Shown one piece after another: positions 49,967 to 62,862 of a stretch of DNA of 64,000 nt. The DNA comes from Vitrella brassicaformis CCMP3155 (taxonomy: Eukaryota > Protista > Chromerida): assembly GCA_001179505.1 (NCBI GenBank), contig CDMY01000463.1, positions 1 to 64,000 on the forward strand. The letters run 5' to 3'. Position numbers and translations under genes: made by a program. Below the pieces are notes generated by a model. The model saw only the letters and a list, made by a program, of their open reading frames with translations, searched no databases and was not told the origin of the DNA. The stretch's first letter is position 1, and every line of letters begins with the position of its first letter.

Positions 49967-52900
49967 ATGAATGACAGGAGTTGGGCCTCGCTGGAAGGAG
50001 GCAGCTGGTCTCGCAGGCGTCGCACACCACGTGCCGGCGCCCCTTCTGCAGTAGCGCCAGCTGCAAAGGGTAAGAGGCGGCGGCCTGCATATGACGACGT
50101 GGAGGAGGAGGAGGAGGAGGAGGAGGAGGAGGACATGTTTGATGAGGAGGAAATGAGCAGTGACGAGGAATCGGATTGGGATGAAGACCGTCCCGTCGCA
50201 AAGCGCAGCAGAGGGAAGCAGCCGGCGGGCAAGCGGCACAAGGGGGGCACTGGGCAGCCTCCAACAGCAGCAGCTGCAGCTGCTGCTGGGGCGGCGGCGG
50301 CAGCTGCGAGCGGCGGGAGCAAACCCGCCAAGAAGCAGAAGAAAGGCACAAAGGCGCAGCAGCGGCGCACCGCATCGGCGGCGGATGTAGACATGGAGGT
50401 GAGGGAAAGGGACGCAGGCAGCACACTTCTGTGTGTGGGATGTGTGGCTGCTCTGTGTGTGTGTGTGGCTGCTGTGTGTGCGGCTGCTGTGTGTGTGTGT
50501 GTGTCGGTCAGGATGTGTTTGAGAAGACGCCCGACGATGCGCTTGAGGCGCTCGATGGCGTCGCGAAGAAGCTGCAGACGCACCTCAAGCGAGTTGAAGA
50601 GGCCAAAGCCAAGGTGAGAGGGCGAGGCGCGGGTTGGGTGGCGACAGAGAGGCCTTGTCGATCGTGGTGCTGTGCTGTGTTGTGCTGTGTTATGTTGTGG
50701 TGATGTATGTGTCCGTCAGGCCCAGCAGCTGTATCAGGCCAAGAATGGCCTCCTTTCCCCCGACTCAGAGACCACAAACAGCCGCATACAGGTCGGGAAG
50801 AACACACACCACCCAGACCAATACCCATGTGTAACACTCGCCTTGTCTCTTTTGGGTTCTGCGATCGATTAGGATTTGGATCGTCAGTTCCGGGTTTGGA
50901 CCAGTATGGTGATGCGCGACGCTCGCGAGGAGGTGGACCACATCGACACGAGTGCCAAGAAGCATCTCGACGAGAACTTCGCCAAGCTGCGTATCATCCA
51001 ACACAAAATGAATCGACTCAACCAGGATACGACGGTGTGGAATCACACACACAGGGAGGGAGGCCCTTATGAGCGCTGTGTTTCTATCGACTCGCCTGTC
51101 TGTCTGTTTGCAGGACTGCTCGTTGCTGGAGGATCTGCCTGAGGCGCTGTGGGTCAGCACTGAGGAGAGGATTGGAGTGGGTGGCCACCTGGGCTTCGCG
51201 GCCTGCATGCAGTCGCTGGCGCGCGTCAACACCCAGTTCAAGGACCTGTGCGACAACAGCAACATGCACCCCATACTCGAGCTCAAGAAACCCCCTCCCG
51301 ACACCATCATAGACCAGTGGAGCGGTAAGTATGGCACACACAAAACAAACACAATGGACGGGGGGACGTGTGGTGTGGAGGGGGCGGTGCTGTGTGGGTG
51401 TGTGTGAATGGCATTCATATCTTCTCTCTGGCTGTGTGTGTCTGTCTGTCTGTCTCTCTGCAGTTAAGCTGTCTGCCTGCCAGCGTCTGTCAATCGACCA
51501 CCGGCCCACCCCGGCGATCGTGCGGCTGCTCGAGGCCCTCGCGCCCTCCCTGCAGGTCGTGGACCTCCGCGGCCGAGCGACCCAATACGAAGACGCCATG
51601 GGTGACCTCTTCCGCCGCAGCCGCAAGCAGAAGAAATGGGAGCGTCTGCGGGACATGGAGCTGTTCAGCAAGAAGGTGGGCGAGGAGAGGGCCGAGAGCA
51701 TCCTGCCGGTGAGCAAGGCACCTGTGGTCTTCCCGAAGCTGCGACGTGCCACCGTGAGGAGTCGGCCGTGGGGCGAGATACCTCACAAGAGGGCGTATCA
51801 GCTGCCCGTTCTGAGGGCCCTGAGACTCGGCGGCACCCATGACGGTGCGCCATGGGTGCGGCAGGCCACGGGCGGCCTCCACTCACTGCATCTCCTCTGC
51901 GATGCGGTACGATCAATGTGCCCTTCAGCCACCCACCACACTAAAGGAACGCCAGAAATGGGCCACTCATTCACTACTGCTCTCTTTGTGCAACTCTCCT
52001 GTTGATCAGGCTGAGTATCGGCTTGAGGAGTCGTTGAGCGCAGTAGGCACGTGTGTGAGCGGGACTGAATCGCCCGCCACCCTCACATCGCTGACCGGTC
52101 GGCTGACCCTGGGAGCGACGGTGCACGGGCTGCTCGAGATGATGAGCAGCCCTGGCGGAGTCGGCGGACAGGGGGGACGGCTGCGGCACATCCAGATGGG
52201 AGTGAGGTCGGGGATACGGGACANNNNNNNNNNNNNNNNNNNNNNNNNNNNNNNNNNNNNNNNNNNNNNNNNNNNNNNNNNNNNNNNNNNNNNNNNNNNN
52301 NNNNNNNNNNNNNNNNNNNNNNNNNNNNNNNNNNNNNNNNNNNNNNNNNNNNNNNNNNNNNNNNNNNNNNNNNNNNNNNNNNNNNNNNNNNNNNNNNNNN
52401 NNNNNNNNNNNNNNNNNNNNNNNNNNNNNNNNNNNNNNNNNNNNNNNNNNNNNNNNNNNNNNNNNNNNNNNNNNNNNNNNNNNNNNNNNNNNNNNNNNNN
52501 NNNNNNNNNNNNNNNNNNNNNNNCACACACACACACTCACACACGTGTTCATTTGTTGTCCTCCTGTCCATTGCTTCAACAGAAGCTCCACCGTTTCCGC
52601 ACGCACTGCCTCGCGCAGAATGCCACTGAGGACTACTTCGACTCCATCACCTATGGCCGCCCTCGCGAGTATCAGCAGCAGCAGCAGCAGGAGGATGAGG
52701 AGCCCACCTTCCGCCCGCTGCAGGTCTCGCTGCCGCTGGTCGAGAACAACGGGATGGCATCCTTCGTGGCCGCCATGCCCACCTTCCAGCTGTGCTGCCG
52801 GCGAGCTGGCAGTGTGACGCTCAAGTCGCACTGTGGCTCGACGGACGTCACCTCTGCGCCAGGAATCGACTCGCTGGTGTTCGAGACTGCCGATGAGCTG

Positions 52901-53777
52901 GCGATCGAGCCCTGCTACCACGCCATATACCTCACCACCGCGGCATCCACCGCCTACTTGACCCTCCCATCCTACATCACATCCAGGTGGGTGCGGCGGA
53001 TGTCACGATTGATTGAATTGGTCAAGTGGCGCGTTCATTCTTGTTTTGACGCTTTCCGTGTTGGCACGGCACATCCTCTCTCTCTCTCTCTCTCTGTCTC
53101 TGTCTCTCTGTGGTTGTGTGGTGTGTATTCAATGCAGGCCAGCGGCACTGTTTCCGTCGGTGACGAAGCTGCACGCCAAGGTAGTGAGCGGCCACAACGT
53201 CAATCGGATGGCGGTGTACCAGGGAGGCGTTGACCGCGTCATGGGAGGCCTTCACGCCCTCGAGCGGGCCTCATTCGATGGCCACCTGCGCACCCCACGG
53301 ACGTCGTGGGGCGTGGAGGCTCATGCGGGAGGTGCCAAGGTCGGCTTGGTGCCAGAGGGAGCCAAGTACCTCGACAGCGACCTCCAGGGCCATCCTTTGA
53401 CGATTGTGCACACCTACCGCTATTGTGAGGACAGCAGGGTGGAGGTGGGGGTGTACGAGACGGGCGAGGAGGGCAAGGCGCTGCTGCAGAAGCGCATCGC
53501 ACACCTAGAGTTGCATTACGCCGAAGAGATGGGGCACCGCTACTTCGGGCGTCGCAGGGGGGCAGACAGAACGGCTGATCAGAAAGCCATGTATAGCTCG
53601 TTGGTCGAGGCAGTAGCACAGGCGTTCAACACTAGCAAAGTGCTCGAGACGGTCTTTTTTGATCACACCCCGAAGCCCACGTGGGCGGCCGTCTCACACA
53701 CACGTTCTGCAGCTAAGAAGAGGTTTCAGGTGGCCTCTGAGAAGAGCAAGGCTCTGCTCTTCACCAGGAGAAAGTGA
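49967..53777 (+). CDS. Lineage-specific F-box-like/LRR-like family protein, paralog B (spans the assembly gap)
   Basis: Poly-Glu and NLS-like N-terminus, DVDME|DVFEKTPDDAL..KAK|..RIQ|..RVWTSMV, LLEDLPEALW, VVFPKLRRATV and AAMPTFQLCC. The first three intron positions are the same as in paralog A. Confidence 0.75.
52224..52523. other. Assembly gap (300 N), probably intronic microsatellite
   Basis: Run of N followed directly by CACACA, inside paralog B. Confidence 0.98.
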
Positions 53778-54185
53778 GTGAGTGAGTGACTGTCCTGCTG
53801 GCTGCCTCGTGTGGTGTGTGTTTGGGCGAAGGGGGGGGCCAGGGAGGGAGGACTCATGTATGTGAACATTGATCTAGATGGCGGGTGTACGTCGCATTTT
53901 TGGGGTGAGTGAATGCGTTGATTGTTTGTATCGTTGATGAGGCAAGAAGTGTCACGGCCAGTGTCAGAGGCATCATCATTATGAACACACATCACGGTAG
54001 TGCACACGGGCACTTGCTGAGGCCAGTCTGGGTAAGTCTGAGACGTCGTCTTTTCCTGAATCGAAAGCTATGCGTCCGTCAGGACACTGTAGAGTCATGC
54101 ACCCCTCCAAAAGGAACAGATTCATTGAATCAATCCCTCCCCTTTCCCCCCACCCTTCAGCTCGCGCCGCTCGAAACCCGAAGTC

Positions 54186-55079
54186 ATGATGGCAGCTCCA
54201 TCCATTCCCCCGGAGGCCCTTCCCGGCATCCTTTGCTTCCTGAGTGTCAGCGAGCTGTTGCCACTGAGCTGCCTCTGTCGTGATGTGGCGAATGTCATGG
54301 CCGAGAGCCTCGTCTGGTGGCTGCAGCTGCCGCCGGCCATCGAGGCAAGACTGGGACACCACGAGGAGGGCATCGACGCTAAGGCTCTCAAAAAACTCGT
54401 GCTGGGACACCACGTAAGCATCACGCGACAGTCACTGCCTTCACTTCATCTTCATTGTGCTACTTACGTGTTTGTTGTCCTGTGTGTGTTCAGGGCGTGA
54501 TCAGATGCCCATCCTGTTCGTTCCATCAGTACTCGCGGCGCGCCCGTCAGAGTTTCGGCACACGCCTCACGGGCCTGTTGACAGAGTTCCGCCGCACTAC
54601 CATGCGCTCTGCCTCGGCAAGTCCACCGCAGCAGGAGGCTCGGCCGGAGTCTGCAAGCGCACGAGACCAGCAAGCTGCAGCAGCATCTGCTGCTGCCCCG
54701 ATGGATGAGGAGGACGCGGTCGAGCCGTCGACCCATGAGCAGCCGTGTGACTTGCCCCTGCCTGGGATGGATGTCGATGTGGACGAGCACCACGTCGACT
54801 TCAGTGAGATTGAGGCGTGTGCTGAGTGTGGAGAATTCCTGGATGTCGGCCGCGACGCATTCGATCCCCAGTAAGGAGCTCAAAGGGACACACGGACACA
54901 ACCAATGTCTGACTGTCTGTCATCCGTGCAGGTCTTTCTTTCTGGAGAAGGGTCCGTTTGAGGCTAGAGCAAACGTGCCGCGGCCGCGGCCGAGGGGGGC
55001 TCAGGCAAGACGGCACCACGTGGCACCCAGGAGAGGGCAGATGGCGGCCAGAAGAAAGAGACAGAAGAAGAGAAGATAG
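54186..55079 (+). CDS. F-box-like protein with two CxxC pairs and a basic C-terminal tail, 3 exons
   Basis: SIPPEALPGILCFLSVSELLPLSCLCR (F-box pattern), |GVIRCPSC, EACAECGEFL and tail RRKRQKKRR*. Exon borders GTAAGC/TTCAG and GTAAGG/GTGCAG. Confidence 0.6.
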
Positions 55080-55370
55080 ACCATGATCGGCCGGCCGATA
55101 GGTAACAGCCAGCCAACTATCCCCTTTCGCTGGTTCTCTGTGTATGGATGGATGCACGCAAGGGAGGCAAGTCAAGTCAGCGAGTCAGTGAGTGAGTGAG
55201 TGAGTGACATTTTTCTTGTGAGTGACCTGGCTAGCTGTACGTACAGGATCGATCGTCTTCACTCAGTCAATCCATATCTGCGAACTCGACTGTCGCCATT
55301 CCAAAATCAAACCCATTTTTCAGTTCCCTTGCTGGCATTTCCATCCATCCATCCATCGGTATGCTTGGAT

Positions 55371-57955
55371 TCAGCGGCCGACCAAGCCGGCCTTGGCCCT
55401 CTCGATCCTCTCGAAGGGTCGCGTCATCACCTCACCATGCGAGAGGTCATCCATGCGGCACACGGGCTTGCCCTCGGCCGCAAGCTTCTTGGCAAGACCA
55501 CACGCAGCGGAAGCAGCGAAGGCACCGCACGGGTTGGACGTGTCAGCAGGTTTGTTGCGCTCGTGTTGTGATCGTCCGTCGGGGGCGATGTTTGGGTTCA
55601 CTTCAGTGGGGGGCGGGAGGCGGCGCTCGAACGAGGGGTTTGTTACCCACCTGATTCGGGGATCTTCCCGCGTGAGCCAGGGGTCGTCGCTCATCTCACA
55701 GCACAGAGCATTCGGCAGCCTCAATGCATTCACACAGACAGAGAGACAGAGGCAGAGACGCGAGCAGAAATGAGTAAGTGGTGTATGTGTCTTGTGCTTA
55801 CTCCCTCCCTACCAGTGGCCGCCGGCCATGACTGAGTCCATGTGCCGCAACCAGACAGACTTGTGAACGGAGACGCGACGGTTCTCTCTCTTAGCACACG
55901 CCAACGGCTGGCGCGAAGGGATAGAGCACACCGAGAAGAACAGCGACATCGGACTCTGCATAAAGGCGCAAGACACACACACACAGAGACAGACAGAATA
56001 CAATGATGCACACTATGTCTCTTTCTCTCTCTGTCTCTCTCGTTCGTGTGGGTGTCGCGCCCGACCACAACGTCGACGATTCGAGAGTTGATGTCCAGCA
56101 CGAGTCTATCCTCCCACCTCGGCTCCAAATAGAGCCCCTGGTCCCCCATGGTGGCTCCCCCTCGGCAACACTGTCCATCATGAAAGAGAACGCGATGTCG
56201 ATGAGGCCGAGACCTCTCAGCCCGCCGCCCATCTGCTGATGGTTGCCCATGAATCTGTACAAATCACCACAGGGACATACATGGAGACACGGCGAGTCAG
56301 TGAGTCAGTCAGTGAGTGAATGTTCGTGTCTCTCCACCAGACGTTCTCAATGGTCTGATCCTCGTTCCTCCGTTCGATCTCGAAGCTGGCGAGGAGATCG
56401 GCATAGTCATCAAGGCTCAACACGTTGAAGACGTAGCGAGGGCCGGGGTACTGATCGATCGACGCGGCGGCAAGGAGACATGCATGGTGTGGGCAGCAAT
56501 TGCTGTCTATGCCTTCTTTCTGCTCACGTCTGCTCGTTCGCGGAAGTATGGCTGCATGACACACAGAAAATGGCGAACACACATGTCCGGACAGAGAGAG
56601 TGTGGAGGACATACATAATGTATTGTAAACAGGCTTCACTCACACTCACCGTGATGTCTTGCTGGAATGTGCCGACGACACTGTCGTATACTGACGTACA
56701 TCAGAGACATCGACAGCAAGCAAGAGTGAGAGAGAGTATGTCGCATTCTGTAGGTGCAGCATCGTGATGTCCGGGTGTCTGTCTTGCTGTACGTCCGAGA
56801 TAGTGCACCCGGACGTCTTCGCTCATTCGACGGCGACGGAACTTGAGGGCGAGCTCCTGTGGGTCCTCGCCGAAGAAGATGTCCTTGATTTCCTTCTCTA
56901 ATTCTGTGATGTGTCTTCTGTTTTTCCGGAGCATGATGCCGATGTAGGAGATCAGGGAGTTGAGGCCGCGGGCAGATATGCCGCCTCTGAACAAACAATT
57001 GCGCATGCATCTCTTTCTCTGTCCTCATGGCATTGTGTGCTGGCGTGTACGCACCTGCTGTATCCGATGATCCAGATTCGTGTGGTACTGGTGAAGCTTT
57101 GGCCTGTAGCGTGAGGGTACCTAATTCGATTGGGAAGTCGCAGACCCTTCAACTAGGTGGGTGGTCAACACACACGCTCACTTTGCGACGAGCCACTTAT
57201 AGGCCTGCCATACCTTGGGCCTGTCAGGCAGTAAGTCATTACGAGTGAGAGTGGGAGAGAGAGAGACACTGTGGCTGTGTGGGCGTGAGCTCACCAGGTG
57301 TCATACCCCAACACCGACGTGAGCCGGTCAGCCCCAGCAGCCACCAGCCCCTTGGCGCATGTGGCGAGCCGCTCACTCAATGTCGGCGGCTGAAGCTCGG
57401 TCTCGTAGAAGAGCTCTTCCGTGACGTCAGGGGCGTTTCGCAGACCACCCGGGATGTAGATGAACTCTTGGCGCCCGTCCACCGGCACATTGGCATCTAC
57501 AGACGGGCAAACACACAGGGAGACAGAGAGACAGGCAGACAGACAGACGTATGTGTTGCTCGAGGGGCTGTCGTGTGTCGGTGTGCCTGGTTTCACTCAC
57601 TTTTGAGCAAGGTCCATGTCTTGCCGACGTTGCTTCTTCTGCCTTGGGGCGGCCAGTCGCTGTCGTCGTCCTCAGCCTTGAGCCCAAACCCCTCAAACAT
57701 CACAACCAGGTTGTGCTCCTTCTCCTGCCACTCAACAGCATCGGCGTACTCCGGCAGCCTCGCAGGCAGAGAGGACCTGCGCTCGAGGCGCTTCGGAATC
57801 TGGCCGCCAGCTGGCTCTTCTTTTGAGAAAGCTCTCTTCCGCCTCGAAGTTTGCTTCTTATCATTAGTGATGGGCTGGGTAACACTGTCGCGGCTGTCAG
57901 TTGTCAGGTCATGGGCGGAGGTCACGGCGATACAGAGAAGCCAAAAGACCCGCAT
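55371..57955 (-). CDS. Putative secreted multi-exon protein of unknown function
   Basis: Signal-like MRVFWLLCIAVTSA at 57955. Coding-like exons (EFIYIPGGLRNAPDV, YVFNVLSLDDYADLL, LYLEPRWEDRLVLDIN) bordered by microsatellite introns. I recognise no family. Confidence 0.55.
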
Positions 57956-58851
57956 CGGTGGCTGCGGGCGCCTGCGGGCGTCTCGGCGTCCTGGCCCCCA
58001 ATCCAAGCCCCAATCGCATGCACGCCGGAATTCTCCAGGCTTGCATCAAGGCGCAGACACCCCTGTAGAAAACAGCGAAAGACGACAATGAAAAAGGTGT
58101 TGCAGGGAGCCGTGCATGCCAAGACTCAAGAGCAAGGGATGGGAGGGACGGCGATGCCCGTCTGACTCATTAATCTCATTTGCTGTGCTCCATTGGCTGT
58201 GCTGTGTGTTTTCAGGCCAGCTTGGCCCATCCTTTGTCCGGTGGGGATGGCGTTCCCCCGAGGAAAACTGCGAGCTCAGGGAGAAGAGGGAAGGCAAGGC
58301 CCACCAACGCTCCCGTCCGAGCTCGCAGATCCCAAGGCAGATCTCGAGGCATCCTCAGCCTTGTTTTCTTTTGGCTGAGGATGCCATCGGCTTCCCCTCC
58401 CTCTGGGGGTCATGTTGGTCCTCGTCCGGTCCTCGTCCGTGCCCATTTGGCTGTGGTTGGCGTCTCCGACCTTTCCTCGTGATGCTGCCCGCCGCAGCTC
58501 ATCATATCGCTCAGCCTTATTGGCTCTTCCTCTGGCGTCCTTCTCGCCCCCCCGGCACGCTCTCCCACATCCCCCCGAGCCTCAATTGGGTCTTCATCGT
58601 GAAGATCTGCTTGACGACGCCGTCTCAGCGGACCGACGTGACGAGAACTGCACTTGCTCCTGCCTGGGACATGCGGCTTCCCCCCCGTCCCCGTTCGTCA
58701 GAGTGTGCTGAACCGCTGGTGTTGCCGTGGTGAAGCTGCAATGATGCTTGCGTAGGGATGGGAGGGCATCTGCTTCATTGCATGGTTTGCTTGTTGCACT
58801 GGCACCGTGATCATGATGTGCTCTGTGTGGTGTGGGCGGAGGCGGTCTGTC

Positions 58852-59261
58852 ATGTCTTGTCATTTGGATGATCTCTCTGCTTGAGGTAGCCTATCACGTG
58901 AGGTCGCACGCCGCCATGTCTTTTCTTTTGCGTGCATATGATTACGCGTGCGGTTATACTTCGGCGTGCCTCTATGCATTGAGACCAGACTCCTGTCATT
59001 CATAGTGCTGCCTCTGTCCGTCTGTATGTGGGACCCTTCTTGCCTCTGTCTGTCTGACTTGCTTCCCCCGCCTTCCCCCTGTCTTTCATGTCCTCGTGCT
59101 TATCGTCTTCGTTTGAGTGCTTGGTGGTGGGGGTGAAGCAGCTGGTGATGTCTTGTCATTGGTGTGGTCTCTTCTCTGCGGTAGCCTATCACGTGTCGTT
59201 GCCCGCCATGTCTTTTCTTTTGCGTGTGCATGGTTGCGCGTGTGGTTAGACTTCGGCGTGC
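58852..59261. repeat. Diverged direct repeat, about 115 bp (58852-58969 and 59148-59261)
   Basis: Shared blocks ATGTCTTGTCATT, GGTAGCCTATCACGTG, CGCCATGTCTTTTCTTTTGCGTG and ACTTCGGCGTGC in the same order. Confidence 0.8.
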
Positions 59262-60194
59262 ATCTCTGTTGCGACCATACTCATGCCATTTCAGCCAGTG
59301 CCGCATGTCTGTCTGTTTGTTCATTACCGCGGCGGGGCTCTCCCCTCTAGCTGCCTTCTGTCTTCCTCTGCCAGCCCAGCCAGGACTTCCTGAGCATGTG
59401 CCTGCCAAGTGCCTATCGACTTAGATCACACCGTGCTGCCCACTGATTCAATACACGTCGTCTTCCCCCGTCTGACTGTCTGGCAAGAATGGATTGAGCG
59501 CAAGCCACTCAGTGCGTGTGAAGGGATGGAGTGCATCTTAGGTATCGTCTATCATATGTTGCAGGGCCTCATGGCCTGCCTGGCTATTCCCTTCTCTCTC
59601 CCTCTGCTGTCTTCCTATCTTCCTTCCTTATGGGTCCCGTGTGGATATGGTGGTGTATTCATGTGATTGGCTGATTGTTGCTTTGGTAGCTCAGAGGGCG
59701 CTCATTTTTCTACTTCCCCCTTCTGGCTTCTGTACACTTGCCATGGCTCTTGCTGGGCGACAGCGCCCGTTCTTGTGTATGTAGCCAGAATCGGTGTTTG
59801 TCAACGTTCTACAAGGCAGCCAGTGCTCTCTGCTGCCATCTGTTTGTCCGCCGGTGCCAGTGCAGGGAGGGGTAGACAGGCCGTGTGCATGCTTTGCATG
59901 TACATGCTGCTAGTTTAGTGCGTGAGACAACAGGATCCCTCCGGGGTTACAGAGACGAGTCTCGTTAAACACACTAACCAACCAAGGCACAAAGGGCGAC
60001 GAGGTCAGATCAACACGTGAGCACTGACCGGTTGCTACGGCTGACCACTGAGCTGGCATACGAGGTGAGAAGAGAGGCATTGTCTGATGCACTGAATCTC
60101 ATCGTCGTTTCCATCTGAAGGCTCGTCGGTTCACTTTGTCTGTGTGTGTGTGTGTGTGTCACTGCAGGCGTGTTTGGTTCATTCCCGCGCTGCG

Positions 60195-62250
60195 ATGCCG
60201 GGCGGTGAGCCTTCGACCGAGCTTTCAGTTGTGGAAGCGAGTGAGAAAGACTCTCTGCCGGACAAGCTTGCCGTTCTGGTCAAAGTAGTCTACCAAGTGA
60301 TCGGCTCTAGATTGGGGGCAGTCGTCGTCAAGCTGTGTGATGATACGACGCTGGGTGGCCTTCTGAGAGAGGTCGCTGGTAAGATTCAGCCAATATACGA
60401 GAGAAAAGGGTCGTCTGTCACGGGAGGGGAGCTCAAGTACAAAGACGACGACCTGGAGGACAAACGGCTCAGGACCGTCAGGTAGGTGAACACAAACCGT
60501 GGGTGTGTGTGTGCGTCGCGTTCGTGTCTGTATGTGTGTGGACGCCGTGTTGTGTGCCTTTCTACCCGTCAGAGAAGTTTTTCAAGATCAGATCGATGCT
60601 GGCGAAGACATCATCGTCACGGTCGAGGCGCCGTTGGTGCAGCCCATAGGTGAGGCAGGCAGCTAGGGAGGCGAGTGGTTCATCTTTCCTTCGCGGCTGC
60701 ATGTGGCTGTCATGTTGTTGTGCTAGCAGAGACGGTGGGGCAGCAGCAGCAGCAGGAGCAACAGCAGCTTAGGCAGCCACGACAGCAGCTGGGAGGACAG
60801 CGGCTGCAGCGCAACACAAACGCGATGATCCCTTCGTGACGAGAGCTCTCGACCCTCAGCGGCGGCCGCAGCTTATTCAGCAGGCCTTATCGGCATTCAG
60901 AATTGAGGCAGCCTCTACTACGGCCAACACAGCATTCGCCCGGTGCTTCCTCGCACTAGCGGATCGGCCTGTGGTGCCGCGGACCAACGCAGGAGAAGTA
61001 CTGCCAGTCGTCCCATTCCTTGAATGAATTGCTGCTGGGGTGCGCTGAGCTGATTCAGGATCCCCTGGGAGACTGGGGTTTCAGTCGAGCATACTATGCA
61101 TCGCAACGGTCGTCGCGCTGTTTTTGAGCTTCATGCTGACACTACTCGGCGCGGCTGCATCAAACTTAGATAGCTGGTGGAATGGCCCGCTGGCGCGACT
61201 GGTTGCCTGCGGCCTGCAAGGGGAAGGAGGACTGAGAATTGCAATAGTGTGCTGGGCGGCAGGGGATTTGTAGCAGACGAGTTGGGAGGTGTTGTACGTG
61301 GTGGAATGAGCCGAGCTCTCTCCCTTCTATGCCCCCCTGAGTGTGCTGTGGCGCTCTCCCTCCCTCTCTCTCTCTCTGTGCCTGGCCGCCTGCCTGTCTT
61401 GTTGGGGTGCATGGGTGGGTATGGGGCGGTCTTTGTCTTCTGGTTGGTGCACTCTTGTCACTTACTTGTCCCACCATCGCATCTATCTGCCTCCTCTCGC
61501 CCTCTACGTATGCGTATGCCTGTGCCTGTGTGTGCAATGCAGGCAGGCTTAGATGTAACACCTATGTGATTCTTTGGCTGGTCTTGTTTGCTTTATCGAT
61601 GAGTGGACTGACGCCTTCCTTCCCAGACACCGTCCTGAGTGCATGACATTGTCGATGTGTAGACTATTGCGTACATGACCTGGCAGCCCTGTTGAGCCAC
61701 ACCCGTTTTGTCCAATTACGCACTGATATTCCTCGCACCACATCACGCACAAGAACCACTGCAATTGTCGTGTCCCGCGGGATGAATTGACCAATAGCAG
61801 CTCCTCCCTATCTTGTTCGCGGGCAGAATGGGCTGGCTGGCGTTTCTTGTACAGACGCAGCAGAAGCAAGCAACGGAAGGAATTATGGCTAGTGCACTCC
61901 GTGCCGACGCCGTCACACACCGTCACACTCGCAGACTTTACTACTGACTCAGCACGGCTGCCAGTGCAGCACTGAGACGAGAATAACTCACGCGCCTCAA
62001 CGTAAACTCTGTTGCCCAGTGGATCGCGCTTGAGCTCGCGACGAAACGCCAAGAGGACCACGGCGCTGCAGACACGAGGCGAGTGGTGCCGAGCAGAGAG
62101 GAGAAGGGGAGCGAGACGGCCGCCACCACTTGAGTTGCTTGCCCGTCTGCCGGCTCCCTGGCGTTGCCGCGTGCCTGAGGGGTAGGCGCGGTGTGCGTGT
62201 CACGTACATGGGAGAGGTGGCCTGACGAGCAAGCGACAAATCTTTGCCTG
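60195..62250 (+). pseudogene. Decayed gene: ubiquitin-like N-terminal domain, poly-Q, and degenerate USP (peptidase C19)-like boxes
   Basis: Intact spliced Ubl-like exons (VLVKVVY...TTLGGLLREVA..ELKYKDDDL), then GLIGIQN*GSLYY/ANTAF (Cys-box-like), FLSFMLTLL, LQGEGGLRIAIVC, LSLLCPP and LLSHTRF. Interrupted by several stops and frameshifts. Confidence 0.45.
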
Positions 62251-62862
62251 GTGAGCCAAACGGCCGACTGAGCACTCTGAAGAGAGAGGGAGAGACCAGG
62301 AAGATTGTGTTCTGGTTGTGCTTGTGTGTGCAGGTGCCTGATTGTCTGTCTGAGTGTCTGTCTGAGTGTCATCGATGCTGATGCCCTCTGACCACCCCAT
62401 TCTCATGTGCCCGCCATGTCCGGGGGGACCGACCGCCGTTGCAACGAGTAAGAAAAGTACGCGTGCACACACACAAACACATGTAGCGTATACCAGCCAG
62501 TCAGTCAGCACAGCAGGCAGGCAGCGCACTGCACCACTGTATAATTATATCTACTATGTATGGCTTACTGACTGTGTGGGCTTACAGCGGTGTGTAAGCC
62601 CTGTATACACTCCCTGGGTGAGCTGAGCCGACGGGGAAACACCAACAAACGTATTGATTATACATCAGCCGTACTGTATACCCACACATCTATAGTAGAC
62701 ATTATCATAAGTGTTGTTTTCATTCCGTGTCCGTATCCATATCCCTCACACACACATCACATTCACACAGATGGTCAGTGGATTGCAGGCGTGTGTGCCC
62801 GTGTGCACGTGTCAGGTCGGTCGACGAGCCACAAGGCCCTCCAGACCACAGACACACTCAGC

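Noticed and set aside
49477-50583. Long ORFs such as 49477-50583(-), 27282-28199(+), 41606-42373(+) and 33420-34133(+)
   Set aside because: These are wholly or largely antisense shadows of GC-rich real exons or microsatellite read-through. 49477-50583 contributes only the first SCFD2-like exon.
58050-58750. Low-complexity ORFs on both strands upstream of the secreted-protein gene
   Set aside because: The frames break with stops and shifts and show no motif, so they cannot be supported as a gene.
61549-62061. Minus-strand ORF with a TnpB/Fanzor-like V.V.E..SSQ.C pattern
   Set aside because: No RuvC-I Asp, RuvC-II Glu or terminal DxNAA motif is visible. Codon pattern favours a decayed plus-strand gene, so this is an antisense shadow.
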